A DNA stretch of 64,000 bases from Hydrogenophilales bacterium (GTDB taxonomy: Bacteria; Pseudomonadota; Gammaproteobacteria; Burkholderiales; Thiobacillaceae), in the NCBI GenBank assembly GCA_037442845.1, contig JBBIPL010000002.1, positions 10,370-74,369 of the forward strand. The letters are read 5' to 3'. Below are positions 37,732 to 47,082 of this stretch, piece by piece; the first letter of the stretch is position 1; each line of letters starts with the position of its first letter. The translations under genes and the position numbers were made by a program. Below the pieces are notes generated by a model. That model was not told where the DNA came from. It did not search any database and saw only the letters and a list, made by a program, of their open reading frames with translations.

Positions 37732-39806
37732 GCTCCGCTACCGATGAGGGTGACGATGCGGATGGTCTTGCCATCCGGCACCTCGGCATGGGAGAGCACC
37801 TTGAGGCCGGGCGCGGAGCGGCGCAGGAAACGAGCCAGCACCGGGCGGATGGCGGGCGGAGACAGCAGTACCGCGGGCATGCCCGCCGTTACCTGTCGCT
37901 CGACGGCCTGGACGGTTTCCCGCACCAGCCGCTCGGCCAGCCCGGGCTCCAGTCCGACCCCCGTGTCGCCACGCGAGGCCAGGGCCTGCATCAGGATGTG
38001 CTCAAGGTTTGGCTCCAGGGCCATCACCTGCAATTCCTGCGCTCCTCCAAAGGTTTCGTGGATGATAGCACGGCCCAGCGCGGTTCTGGCCGCGGCGGTC
38101 AGCTCGTCGGCGTCCTGCGTGCGGCCGGCGTGCTCGGCCAGGGTTTCGAGGATGGTGCGCATGTCGCGGATGTGTACCTGCTCCTCCAGCAGGTTCTGCA
38201 GGATCTTCTGCACGGTGGCCACCGGCAGCAGTTTCGGCGTCAGATCCTCCACCAGCTTGGGGTACTGCTTGGCGACGTGGTCGAGCAGTTGCTGGGTTTC
38301 CTCGCGCGCCAGCAATTCCGGCGCGTGCTCGTTGATGACCTTGGTCAGATGCGTCGCCACCACGGTGCCGGCGTCCACCACGGTGTAGCCGTAGGTCTGC
38401 GCCTGGTCGCGCTGGTTGCCGTCGATCCACACCGCCGGCAGGCCATAGGCGGGATCGGCGGCGGCCTGGCCGCTCAGGGCGCCGAGCACGCGGCCCGGAT
38501 TGATCGCCAGGTACTTGCCGGCCACCGCCTCTCCCTCCGCCACGCCGACCCCCTTGAGGGTGATGCGGTAGGCGTTGGGCTTGAGCTGCAGGTTGTCGCG
38601 GATGTGCACGGCGGGCACCAGGAAGCCCAGATCCTGGGCGATCTTCTTGCGGATGCCGCGGATGCGGCGCAGCAATTCGCCGTCCTGATGGCGGTCCACC
38701 AGGGGCACCAGGCGGTAGCCCACCTCGAGTCCCAGGCGATCGACCGGCGCGACGTCGTGCCAGCTCACCTCGAGCGGCTCCTCCGGCGCGGCGGGCGCCG
38801 CCTCCGCCGTGGCCGCCGCCGCCTCCGCCCGCTCGCGCTGCGTCAGCCACCAGGCGGAGGCGGCGAGCACGCTGCCGATGAACAGGAAAACGGCGTTGGG
38901 CATGCCGGGCACCAGGCCGAGCAGGCTGATGATGCCGGCGGTCATGAACAAGGCCTGGGACCGGCCGAACACCTGCGAGAGGAATTGCTGGTTGAGATCC
39001 TGCTCGCTGGAGACGCGGGTGACGACGATACCGGCGGCGGTGGAGATGACCAGGGCCGGAATCTGCGCCACCAGGCCGTCGCCGATGGCCAGCAAGGTGT
39101 AGTTGCTGGCGGCGCTGGCGAGGCTCATGTCGTGTTGCGCCATGCCGACGATGAGGCCGCCGATGATGTTGATGAGCATGATGAGGATGCCGGCGATGGC
39201 GTCGCCGCGCACGAATTTCGAGGCGCCGTCCATGGCGCCGTAGAAATCGGCCTCCTGCGCGATCTCCGCGCGCCGCCGGCGCGCCTCGTCCTCGCCGATG
39301 AGGCCGGCGTTGAGGTCGGCGTCGATGGCCATCTGCTTGCCGGGCATGGCGTCCAGGGTGAAGCGGGCGGACACCTCGGCGATGCGGCCGGCGCCCTTGG
39401 TGATGACCATGAAATTGATCAGCACCAGGATCAGGAACACCATCAGGCCGACCGCGTAGTTGCCGCCCACGAGGAAGTGGCCGAAGGCCTCGATCACCTT
39501 GCCGGCGGCGTCCGTGCCGGTGTGGCCGTCCATCAACACCACGCGCGTCGAGGCGACGTTGAGGGACAGCCGCATCAGCGTGGTGATCAGCAGCACCGTC
39601 GGGAAGATGGAGAACTCCAGCGGCCTCGTGGTGTACAGGCTGATCAGCAGGACGATCAGCGAAAGGGCGATGTTGAAGGTGAAGAGGACGTCCAGCAGCA
39701 CCGGCGGCAGCGGCAGGATCATCATCGACAGCACCAGCACCACCAGGAGCGGCGCCGCCAGGCGCTGCCAGACCAAGGCGCTGGGAACCGGCAGAGCGGT
39801 CGCCAT
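37728..39806 (-). CDS. flhA: Flagellar type III export gate protein FlhA
   Basis: 692 aa. ...FLVGGNYAVGLMVFLILVLINFMVITKGAGRIAEVSARFTLDAMPGKQMAIDADL... Confidence 0.96.
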   Translation of the reverse strand: MATALPVPSALVWQRLAAPLLVVLVLSMMILPLPPVLLDVLFTFNIALSLIVLLISLYTTRPLEFSIFPTVLLITTLMRLSLNVASTRVVLMDGHTGTDAAGKVIEAFGHFLVGGNYAVGLMVFLILVLINFMVITKGAGRIAEVSARFTLDAMPGKQMAIDADLNAGLIGEDEARRRRAEIAQEADFYGAMDGASKFVRGDAIAGILIMLINIIGGLIVGMAQHDMSLASAASNYTLLAIGDGLVAQIPALVISTAAGIVVTRVSSEQDLNQQFLSQVFGRSQALFMTAGIISLLGLVPGMPNAVFLFIGSVLAASAWWLTQRERAEAAAATAEAAPAAPEEPLEVSWHDVAPVDRLGLEVGYRLVPLVDRHQDGELLRRIRGIRKKIAQDLGFLVPAVHIRDNLQLKPNAYRITLKGVGVAEGEAVAGKYLAINPGRVLGALSGQAAADPAYGLPAVWIDGNQRDQAQTYGYTVVDAGTVVATHLTKVINEHAPELLAREETQQLLDHVAKQYPKLVEDLTPKLLPVATVQKILQNLLEEQVHIRDMRTILETLAEHAGRTQDADELTAAARTALGRAIIHETFGGAQELQVMALEPNLEHILMQALASRGDTGVGLEPGLAERLVRETVQAVERQVTAGMPAVLLSPPAIRPVLARFLRRSAPGLKVLSHAEVPDGKTIRIVTLIGSGA

Positions 39807-39879
39807 CAGGCTCCGCCTCCGCGCCTGGCGGCGGGACGATCTTCCCCAGGCGCAAGCGGGCCGCGCCCGCGCGGCGCGG

Positions 39880-41013
39880 TCACGCGGCCTCCCGCGCGGA
39901 GGCCGGGTCCAGGTTCGGCGGTACTTCCCAATGCTCCGGCAACACCGGATTCATCGAGCGGTTGAGCTGGTGCACATAGGCCAGCAACTGGGCGACCGCG
40001 GTGAACAGGGCGCCCGGGATGGTCTCGCCGATTTCCGCGTGGCGGTGCAGGGCGCGCGCCAGCGGCGGCGCCTCGACGATGGGCACGCGGTGCTCGCGCG
40101 CGAGTTCCTTGATGCGCTCGGCCACCAGTTGGCTGCCCTTCGCCACCACCTGCGGCGCGGACATGCCGCGCTCCTCGTATTTCAGGGCCACGGCGAAGTG
40201 CATGGGGTTGGTGACCACCACGTCGGCCTTCGGTACCGCCTGCATCATGCGGCGGCGCGCCGCTTCGCGTTGCAGCGAACGGATGCGCGCCTTGATCTGG
40301 GGATCGCCCTCCATTTCCTTGCTTTCCTGGCGCACCTCCTGCTGGGTCATGCGCAGGCCGCGCTGATAGTTCCAGAGCTGGAACGGCACATCCAGGAGGA
40401 CGATGAGCCCGAAGGCGGCAGCGGCAGCAAGGAAGGTGAGCAGGGTGATCTGGCCGAAATGGGCCATGGCCGCATCCAGCGGCTCGGCCGCGAGTCCGAG
40501 GATGTCCTCGCGCTGCACCCAGATCATCCAGCCCGCGACGCCGGCGATGAGGGCGCCCTTCAGCAGGGCCTTGACCAGTTCCGCCAGGGACGACCAGGAG
40601 AAGATGCGGGCCAGGCCAGTGATGGGATTGAGCTTGCTGAAATTGAATTCCAGGGCCTTCGGCGAGAACACCCAGCCGGACACCATCAGGTTGGCCACCA
40701 CGGCCGCCACCACCACGGCCGCCGCCAGGGGTAGGAACAACAGCAGGCCGTCCATGCCGGCCTGCATGAGGTTGTGCCCCATCATGGCTGGGGTGGCTAG
40801 GTCGATGGCGTTGAACGTTAGTGTGCTGTGCATCAACCCGTACAGGCCGCGCAGCATGTACAGGCCCATGAAGGCGATCACACCGACGCTGGCGAGCAGC
40901 ACCGCCAGGGTGGCCAGCTCGCGGGAGCGGGGCACATTGCCCTGTTCCCGCGCCTGTTCCAGCTTGCGCGCGGATGCTGGTTCCGTGCGTTCGAGGTCAC
41001 TGTCTTCCGCCAT
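39880..41013 (-). CDS. flhB: Flagellar export switch protein FlhB
   Basis: MAEDSDLERTEPASARKLEQAREQGNVPRSREL..., autocleavage site VVVTNPMHFAVAL (NPTH-type). Confidence 0.95.
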   Translation of the reverse strand: MAEDSDLERTEPASARKLEQAREQGNVPRSRELATLAVLLASVGVIAFMGLYMLRGLYGLMHSTLTFNAIDLATPAMMGHNLMQAGMDGLLLFLPLAAAVVVAAVVANLMVSGWVFSPKALEFNFSKLNPITGLARIFSWSSLAELVKALLKGALIAGVAGWMIWVQREDILGLAAEPLDAAMAHFGQITLLTFLAAAAAFGLIVLLDVPFQLWNYQRGLRMTQQEVRQESKEMEGDPQIKARIRSLQREAARRRMMQAVPKADVVVTNPMHFAVALKYEERGMSAPQVVAKGSQLVAERIKELAREHRVPIVEAPPLARALHRHAEIGETIPGALFTAVAQLLAYVHQLNRSMNPVLPEHWEVPPNLDPASAREAA

Positions 41014-41102
41014 CCCCGGGTCCGGCGACGAGCCGGCGCAAGGTTATGAAATGCGCGCGAGTTTAGCACGCCGCCCCCGCTCGCCCGGCGTCTCCAAACA
41101 TG

Positions 41103-41127
41103 CAAAAGGCCGCCCGCGGGCGGCCTG
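41103..41127 (-). terminator. Rho-independent terminator after the 617-aa repeat-protein gene
   Basis: Minus strand: AGGCCGCC-cgcg-GGCGGCCT followed by TTTTG, about 20 nt after the stop at 41147. Confidence 0.6.
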
Positions 41128-41146
41128 TTCAGGGCGCCGGAAACGC

Positions 41147-42997
41147 TCAGTGCGCCTGCACGCCGGGGCCGAAGAAACGGTAGCCCAAGCGCATCTGGCG
41201 GCTGCGTTCGAAGCGCTTGCGGTCGGCTTCCGCGGTGAAGCTGGCGGCGATGCCGGCGTAGGCTTTTTCGGCCCAGCCGCTGTCCAGCAACAGGTCGGCC
41301 ACACCCTCGGCCCAGCGCAGCTTGTCGCCCGCGCTGCCCAGTCGAGCGCCGCAGTCGTTCATCAGCGGCGCGATCTCGGAAGCCGGCAGTTCGTAGGACT
41401 TCAGGCGTGCGGCGAGCTGCACGCACTGGTCGCCGCTGGCGCAGGCCTGCACGGCCTTGGCGAACAGGGCGTCGGCGGCGGCGTTGTCGCCGATGTCCCG
41501 GTACAGCTTGGCAATGTGGGCCAGGGCGTAGTGGTCCTTCGCACGGGACGCGGCGTCGTTCAGCAGCTTCGCGGCCAGGGCGGAGTCGCCCAGGGCGGTC
41601 TGCACGGTCTCGGCCATCTTCGTGTAGTCGTAGGCGGAATCGCCCAGGGCGCGGCCCTCGGCGTAGGCGCGGGCGCGGGCCTTGCCGTATTCGGCGTCGC
41701 TGAGTTCGGTGGCGCAGGTCATGACGATCTCGCGAAACCAGACGAAATCGGTGGCGTTGGCCACGCTCTCGTCGAGCAGCTTGTCCAGCCACTCCTTGGC
41801 GCCCAGGCGGTCCACGCCCAGGATCAGCGACTTGAAGCGGGCGAAATGGAAGGCGCCCTCCTCGCGCATCTTGCCTTCGGCGATGCCCAGCACCTTGCCG
41901 GCGTAGGCGGCATCCTCCAGCTCGGCCATGATGCGGTCGGCCAGGGCGATGAACTGCTTGATGGTGGTGCACTTGCCCTCTTCGTTCTGCAGCGCCACGT
42001 ACTTGGCCTGGTTGGCCTCGCGCTTGGCCAGCTTGGCCCTGACCCGCTCGACGCGGGCGGCATCGCCAGCGGCATGCTTCTCCACCGCCTCCACCACCTT
42101 GCGCATCTCGTCCAGGTTGGCCACGGCCTCCTCGGCCTTGGTCAGCATGTCGGTGACGCCGGCGGCGTCGCCCAGGTCGCTGTACACGCCGACCAACTGG
42201 ATCAGTTCGCCGCTGACCGAGGCCACCGCGCCGGCCTTGGCCAGCACGGCCTTGGTGAACTCGGCGTTGCCGGCGGCGGCGGCCAGCACCTGCATCAGGG
42301 CGGTGAAGTCCTTGGCGGAATCCAGGGCCTTGTCGTAGAGGGCGCCGGCGGCGGCGGGGTCGATCTCGTTCATGGCGCCGGACAGGGCGATGAGGTCGGC
42401 GGGGCTGCCGTACTTGGCCGCGCCCTCGTTGACGATCTCCACCGCCTTGGCCTTGTCGCCACCCTTGGCCAGCAGCTTGGCCAGGCGGGCGAAGTCGGCG
42501 GCGCGGCCGGCCTTGGCCTTGATCTTGTCGGTCACCAGGCCGAACAGGGTGGCATCGTTCAGTTCCGCAACCACGCCGGCCAAGCCGTACAGCTCCTCGG
42601 TGGCGGACACTTCCTTGAGCGCGCCGGTCAGGGCCTTGCCGGCGGCGGCGGCATCCGCCAGAGCCAGCCACTGGCCCATGCCCACCGACACCTTCTCGCC
42701 GCCGTCCATGGCGAAGTCGGCGCCCTGCCCCAGCATCTCCTTGGCCTTGCCGGCGTCGCCCAGGGCCGCGTAGCCGATGGCCAGGGTGACGAAATCCTTG
42801 GTGAACATGGCGTCGCCCGCCACCTTGTCGAGAGCCGCCTTGGCGTCGGCGTCGCCGGTAAAGGCGGCCGAGCCGAGAATGTCCTTGGCGTAGGCCATGT
42901 CCGCCGGCTCGTCGAAGCACTCGCGGGCCAGGGCGAAGAGATCGGCCGCCTTGGCAGCCGCGGCGACTTTGGGTTCGAGGGTTAAACGGTTGGCCAT
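41147..42997 (-). CDS. Ala-rich all-helical repeat protein (TPR-like), 616 aa, function unknown
   Basis: Start MANRLTLEPK with GGAG 7 nt upstream. A degenerate module of roughly 35-40 aa recurs (...DF..LA......GD...A...L..A...). No signal peptide or TM is evident. Confidence 0.7.
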   Translation of the reverse strand: MANRLTLEPKVAAAAKAADLFALARECFDEPADMAYAKDILGSAAFTGDADAKAALDKVAGDAMFTKDFVTLAIGYAALGDAGKAKEMLGQGADFAMDGGEKVSVGMGQWLALADAAAAGKALTGALKEVSATEELYGLAGVVAELNDATLFGLVTDKIKAKAGRAADFARLAKLLAKGGDKAKAVEIVNEGAAKYGSPADLIALSGAMNEIDPAAAGALYDKALDSAKDFTALMQVLAAAAGNAEFTKAVLAKAGAVASVSGELIQLVGVYSDLGDAAGVTDMLTKAEEAVANLDEMRKVVEAVEKHAAGDAARVERVRAKLAKREANQAKYVALQNEEGKCTTIKQFIALADRIMAELEDAAYAGKVLGIAEGKMREEGAFHFARFKSLILGVDRLGAKEWLDKLLDESVANATDFVWFREIVMTCATELSDAEYGKARARAYAEGRALGDSAYDYTKMAETVQTALGDSALAAKLLNDAASRAKDHYALAHIAKLYRDIGDNAAADALFAKAVQACASGDQCVQLAARLKSYELPASEIAPLMNDCGARLGSAGDKLRWAEGVADLLLDSGWAEKAYAGIAASFTAEADRKRFERSRQMRLGYRFFGPGVQAH

Positions 42998-43097
42998 GGC
43001 AATCTCCGGGAATGAAGGCAATCAGAAACTTGCAAAGTTTACAGGGGCAAGAGCCGCGGGGTGTGCGGGGTTTTTTATTGGGGGATAAGGGATTTTT

Positions 43098-44423
43098 TCA
43101 GAGCACGTAGCGCGCCAGATCCTCGCTCGCCGCCAGGGCGGACAGGCGGGCATCGACGTAGGCGGCGTCGATGGCCAGGGTCTCGCCGCCGCGCTTGTCG
43201 GCGTCGAAGGAAAGTTCGTCGAGCAGGCGTTCCATCACCGTGTAAAGACGGCGCGCGCCGATGTTCTCGGTGCGCTCGTTGACGCTCCAGGCGATCTCGG
43301 CCAGGCGGCGGATGGCGTCCGCGCTGAATGCCAGCCGCACGCCCTCGGTTTCCATCAGCGCCTGGTACTGGCGGGTGAGGCAGGCGTCGGTGCCGGTGAG
43401 GATGCGTTCGAAGTCGGCCACCGTCAGGCTTTGCAGTTCCACGCGGATGGGAAAGCGGCCCTGCAGCTCGGGGATCAGATCCGAGGGCTTGGACAGGTGG
43501 AAGGCGCCGCTGGCGATGAACAGGATGTGGTCGGTCTTCACCATGCCGAACTTGGTGGACACGGTGGCGCCCTCCACCAGCGGCAGCAGGTCGCGCTGCA
43601 CGCCCTGGCGCGAGACATCCGGACCGGCGCCTTCGCGCCCGGCGATCTTGTCGATCTCGTCGAGGAAGACGATGCCGTTGGACTCCACGTTGCGCAGGGC
43701 GGCGAGCTTGATCTCCTCCTCGTTGACCAGGCGCCCGGCCTCCTCGTCGGCGAGCTGGCGCATGGCCTCGGCGATCCTCAGCTTGCGCTTCTGCGTGCGC
43801 TTGCCGCCCAGATTCTGGAACATGCCCTGCAACTGGTTGGTGAGCTCCTCCATGCCCGGCGGCGCGAAGATTTCCATGGCGGCGGGGTTGGCGGCCAGAT
43901 CCAGCTCGATCTCCTTGTCGTCCAGCTGGCCCTCGCGCAGCATCTTGCGGAACTTCTGCCGGGTGGCGGATTCCTCCGGCTTCGCGTCGGCCTGCCAGGC
44001 GTCGCGGGCGCCGGGCAGCAGGGCATCGAGGATGCGTTCCTCGGCGGCCTCCTCGGCGCGCAGGCGCACCTTGCGGGTGGCCTCCTCGCGCGCCTGCTTG
44101 ACGGCGATCTCGGCGAGATCGCGGATGATGCTGTCCACATCCTTGCCGACGTAGCCCACCTCGGTGAACTTGGTGGCCTCCACCTTGATGAAGGGGGCGC
44201 CGGAGAGGCGGGCCAGACGGCGGGCGATCTCGGTCTTGCCGACGCCGGTGGGGCCGATCATGAGGATGTTCTTGGGCGTGATCTCCTGACGCAGACCGTC
44301 GGCCACGCGCATGCGCCGCCAGCGGTTCCTCAGGGCGATGGCGCAGGCGCGCTTGGCGTCGTGCTGGCCGACGATGTGCTTGTCGAGTTCGTGGACGATT
44401 TCCTGCGGGGTCATCTGGGTCAT
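43098..44423 (-). CDS. hslU: ATP-dependent protease ATPase subunit HslU
   Basis: [37 protein letters not shown]..., [25 protein letters not shown]. The upstream extension of ORF 43098..44798 is not HslV-like. Confidence 0.95.
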   Translation of the reverse strand: MTQMTPQEIVHELDKHIVGQHDAKRACAIALRNRWRRMRVADGLRQEITPKNILMIGPTGVGKTEIARRLARLSGAPFIKVEATKFTEVGYVGKDVDSIIRDLAEIAVKQAREEATRKVRLRAEEAAEERILDALLPGARDAWQADAKPEESATRQKFRKMLREGQLDDKEIELDLAANPAAMEIFAPPGMEELTNQLQGMFQNLGGKRTQKRKLRIAEAMRQLADEEAGRLVNEEEIKLAALRNVESNGIVFLDEIDKIAGREGAGPDVSRQGVQRDLLPLVEGATVSTKFGMVKTDHILFIASGAFHLSKPSDLIPELQGRFPIRVELQSLTVADFERILTGTDACLTRQYQALMETEGVRLAFSADAIRRLAEIAWSVNERTENIGARRLYTVMERLLDELSFDADKRGGETLAIDAAYVDARLSALAASEDLARYVL

Positions 44424-44537
44424 GGCGTCACGCGGTGCGGATGGGCGGGCTGCGGGAGGTCCCCGCTCTGAAGGGGCGCGTCCCGCCGAAAGCGTTACTA
44501 TATTTCTTCTTGCCGGCCATGGACGAGGAGGGGGGGC

Positions 44538-44972
44538 ATGATTACACGCGCTTTGCTGCTGGGCATCGCCGTCGGATTCGCCAGCGCGACGCTCCAGGCG
44601 GGTGAAATCGCCCGCGCCGGCGATCTGGAAATGCACTGCGCCGCGTTGCCCAGCCTGGAACTCACCGCCGAGGCCGCGCGCGAGCACAACGTCGAACCGC
44701 GGCCAGGACGCGGCCTGCTCACCGTCAAGCTCTACCGCAAGAACCGCGCGGGCGGCATGGTGTCGGTGCCCGGCCAGGTCTATGCCGGCGCCATCCACCA
44801 GAGCAACCGCCTGTCCAGCATCTTCATCCGCGAGGTGCGCCGCGGCAACGAGGTCAATTACCTGGGCGAATACCAGCTCGACGGCCCCGACACGCTGCGT
44901 TTCCTGGTCAATGCCAACGCGCTGGGAAAACCCCTGAAAAGCGAGTTCACGCGCGTCTTCAGCGCGCCCTGA
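44538..44972 (+). CDS. DUF4426-like periplasmic protein
   Basis: Signal peptide [21 protein letters not shown]. The beta-rich body (...[10 protein letters not shown]...[19 protein letters not shown]) resembles DUF4426, from memory. Confidence 0.7.
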   Translation: MITRALLLGIAVGFASATLQAGEIARAGDLEMHCAALPSLELTAEAAREHNVEPRPGRGLLTVKLYRKNRAGGMVSVPGQVYAGAIHQSNRLSSIFIREVRRGNEVNYLGEYQLDGPDTLRFLVNANALGKPLKSEFTRVFSAP

Positions 44973-44975
44973 GGC

Positions 44976-45668
44976 TCAGCTGCCGCCGCGCGGCAAGAGC
45001 AGGGCCAGGCCCCAGAAGCCGATGCCCGCCACCAGCAGGCCGGCGACGCGGCGCGCCCAGGGGTTGCGGGTGAAGCGGCGCAGGCTTTCGCTCGCCCAGC
45101 CCATGAGCAACAGGTTGGGCAAGGTGCCGAGGCCGAAGGCCAGCATGAGCAGGCCGCCGCGTGCCGCGTCGCCGGCGGCCAGGGCGGACACCAGCACGCT
45201 GTACACCAGCCCGCAGGGCAGCCAGCCCCACAGCCCGCCGGCCACCAGGGCCTGGCCCAGGCCGCGGATGGGCAGCAGGCGGGAGAGCAGGGGCTGCAGA
45301 CGACGCCAGAGCACGCCGCCCATGCGTTCCAGCAGCAGCACGGATTGGTTGAGGCCGGCCAGATACAGCCCCAGCAGGATCAGCACGACCTGGGCCAGGG
45401 CATAGAGTCCGTATTGCACCGGCAGCAGGTGCTCGGAGAGAAAGGCCGCCGAGCCGAGCAGCCCGGCGAGGCTGCCGGCCAGCGTGTAACTGGCGATGCG
45501 GCCGCCGTTGTAGGCCAGGTGGAAGGCAGCCGGCCGCCGCCCGCCGCCGCGCGCCTCGCCGCCGGGCTGCAGCGACATGGCGGCGACGATGCCGCCGCAC
45601 ATGCCGACGCAGTGCACGCCGCCCAGCAGGCCGGCGAGGAAGGCGGCGAAGAGGGAAAGTTCGGGCAT
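44976..45668 (-). CDS. DsbD_2/TauE-like polytopic membrane protein (HCxxMCGG motif)
   Basis: MPELSLFAAFLAGLLGGVHCVGMCGGIVAAM..., six predicted TM helices, second Cys ...WGWLPCGLVY. Confidence 0.8.
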   Translation of the reverse strand: MPELSLFAAFLAGLLGGVHCVGMCGGIVAAMSLQPGGEARGGGRRPAAFHLAYNGGRIASYTLAGSLAGLLGSAAFLSEHLLPVQYGLYALAQVVLILLGLYLAGLNQSVLLLERMGGVLWRRLQPLLSRLLPIRGLGQALVAGGLWGWLPCGLVYSVLVSALAAGDAARGGLLMLAFGLGTLPNLLLMGWASESLRRFTRNPWARRVAGLLVAGIGFWGLALLLPRGGS

Positions 45669-45686
45669 GGCGGGGTGGGGTGGGGC

Positions 45687-45724
45687 GGGAAACGGGAAAC
45701 GGGAAACGGGAAACGGGAAACGGG
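45687..45724. repeat. Tandem heptanucleotide array (GGGAAAC)x5 plus a partial unit
   Basis: Five perfect units at 45687-45721, followed by GGG. The array is preceded by GGGGTGGGGTGGGGCGGG. Confidence 0.97.
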
Positions 45725-45740
45725 CGGCGAAGCTCGCGCC

Positions 45741-45775
45741 TAATTCCTAATTCCTAATTCCTAATTCCTAATCCC
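45741..45775. repeat. Tandem heptanucleotide array (TAATTCC)x4 plus one degenerate unit (TAATCCC)
   Basis: Perfect units at 45741-45768, then TAATCCC at 45769-45775. It is 16 nt from the first array. Confidence 0.97.
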
Positions 45776-45791
45776 CAACTCCCCTCCCTCC

Positions 45792-46280
45792 TCATTCGCA
45801 CAACATGCCGCCCTCGATCCAGGCGCGCACGTCGCGCGTCCATGCCTCGTGGCCGCCGGGCACGGTGGGAAAGCGGCCGGCCGGCGTCATGCCGCTGTCC
45901 AGGGCCCAGCGGATGCGGCTGTCGTGCAGCAGGTGCTCGATCAGGCGCGCGGGCGCATCGACCACGCCCATGTTGCGCTGGATGAAGCGGCAGGTATCCG
46001 CCGCGTCCAGGCCGGTGTAGTCGAGCTTCTCCGGCGGCGCCATCCACACGCCGCGTTCCAGACCGGTGATGTGTCGGGTATGGCAGTTGTCGCACAGATA
46101 GCGCGAGCGATGGCTGCCGTAGGCACGGCCGTTGTGCTTTCTGCTGGAGAACTGGTGGCATTGCAGGCAGCGCTCGTGGTGAAACTTCTTGTGCAGCGCA
46201 TCGCCGAAAACGACCGGCGCGGCGCTCCAGGCGGGCGCCGCCAGCAGGCCGAGGACGAGCAGGAGCGGCGCCGGACTCAT
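45792..46280 (-). CDS. Periplasmic protein with two c-type haem-binding motifs
   Basis: MSPAPLLLVLGLLAAPAWSA (signal peptide), CLQCH and CDNCH. ATGA overlap with the upstream membrane-protein gene. It is the 3' part of track ORF 45792..47033. Confidence 0.75.
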   Translation of the reverse strand: MSPAPLLLVLGLLAAPAWSAAPVVFGDALHKKFHHERCLQCHQFSSRKHNGRAYGSHRSRYLCDNCHTRHITGLERGVWMAPPEKLDYTGLDAADTCRFIQRNMGVVDAPARLIEHLLHDSRIRWALDSGMTPAGRFPTVPGGHEAWTRDVRAWIEGGMLCE

Positions 46281-47029
46281 GCGCCGTCGGCCTCCGCCGC
46301 GACGAAAATGGCCTGATAGGCGGCATAGGTGGAGGTGAGGGTCCAGGGCACGAACACCAGCAGGCCCAGACCGAAGGGGATCATCACCGCCGCCACGCCT
46401 GCCAGACCCAGGATCAGGCTGTAAAACAGGATTGCCCGCCAGTTGACGCCGCAGGCCCACAGGCTCCACCACATGGCGCGGCCCGCCGGGAAACGCTCGA
46501 ACAGCGCCAGACCGGGGGCGAACCAGGTGGCCATGAGCAGCGGCGCGAACAGCAGGGCGCCGAAGCCGAGCGCGGGCATGGCCGTGGCCAGCAGGCGCTC
46601 CGCCTCCTCCGGCGTCATGGCGGCTGGGTTCTGGGTCTGCCGCACCATCTCTTCCAGATCGCCGCCGGTGAGCAAGCCGACCAGCCTGAAAATGAACAGG
46701 GTCGCCAGCATGTAGACCGCGCCGATCACCAGCAGGGGAAAGCGGCTCTCGCGCCAGCCCGCGGCCAGAAAGATGAAGGTCACCGGTTCGCCGCGGCTGC
46801 CGCCCCGGCTGGCGGCGAGAAAGCCGGCGACGATGAAGGGCGACAGGGCGTGCACCAGCACGCCACCCACCACCGGCAGCAGGCTCAGCGCCATCAGCGC
46901 CAGGAAGACCAGCGCCGTCATGCCGGCCCAGGCCACCGGGGCGAGCTTGAACAGGCGCCAGCCCGCCTTGATCCAGGCGAGGCCGGCGGCGGCGGGGAGT
47001 CGGACAACGGTCAGGTTGGGCATGGGCAC
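46277..47029 (-). CDS. Polytopic membrane protein of unknown function (resembles the family NCBI labels BPSS1780; from memory)
   Basis: ...RLPAAAGLAWIKAGWRLFKLAPVAWAGMTALVFLALMALSLLP... Six hydrophobic segments. Confidence 0.7.
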   Translation of the reverse strand: MPMPNLTVVRLPAAAGLAWIKAGWRLFKLAPVAWAGMTALVFLALMALSLLPVVGGVLVHALSPFIVAGFLAASRGGSRGEPVTFIFLAAGWRESRFPLLVIGAVYMLATLFIFRLVGLLTGGDLEEMVRQTQNPAAMTPEEAERLLATAMPALGFGALLFAPLLMATWFAPGLALFERFPAGRAMWWSLWACGVNWRAILFYSLILGLAGVAAVMIPFGLGLLVFVPWTLTSTYAAYQAIFVAAEADGA

Positions 47030-47082
47030 TCAAACTAAAACCGCCGCGGGCGCGGCGGCGGGGTGGTCGGGCTTGTGCATGG

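Noticed and set aside
43040-43097. GCGGGGTGTGCGGGGTTTTTTATT after hslU as a terminator.
   Set aside because: The two GCGGGG blocks are direct repeats, not inverted ones, and the T-run is on the wrong strand for hslU. No stable hairpin was found.
44424-44798. In-frame upstream extension of the hslU ORF as a possible fused or hidden hslV.
   Set aside because: The translation ([26 protein letters not shown]...) has no HslV features (no N-terminal Thr protease motif). It overlaps the DUF4426 gene on the other strand.
45687-45775. Whether the heptamer arrays could be a CRISPR array or coding repeats.
   Set aside because: The units are 7 nt with no spacers, so this is not a CRISPR. The arrays lie between a stop codon and a start codon, and the unit length is not a multiple of three.
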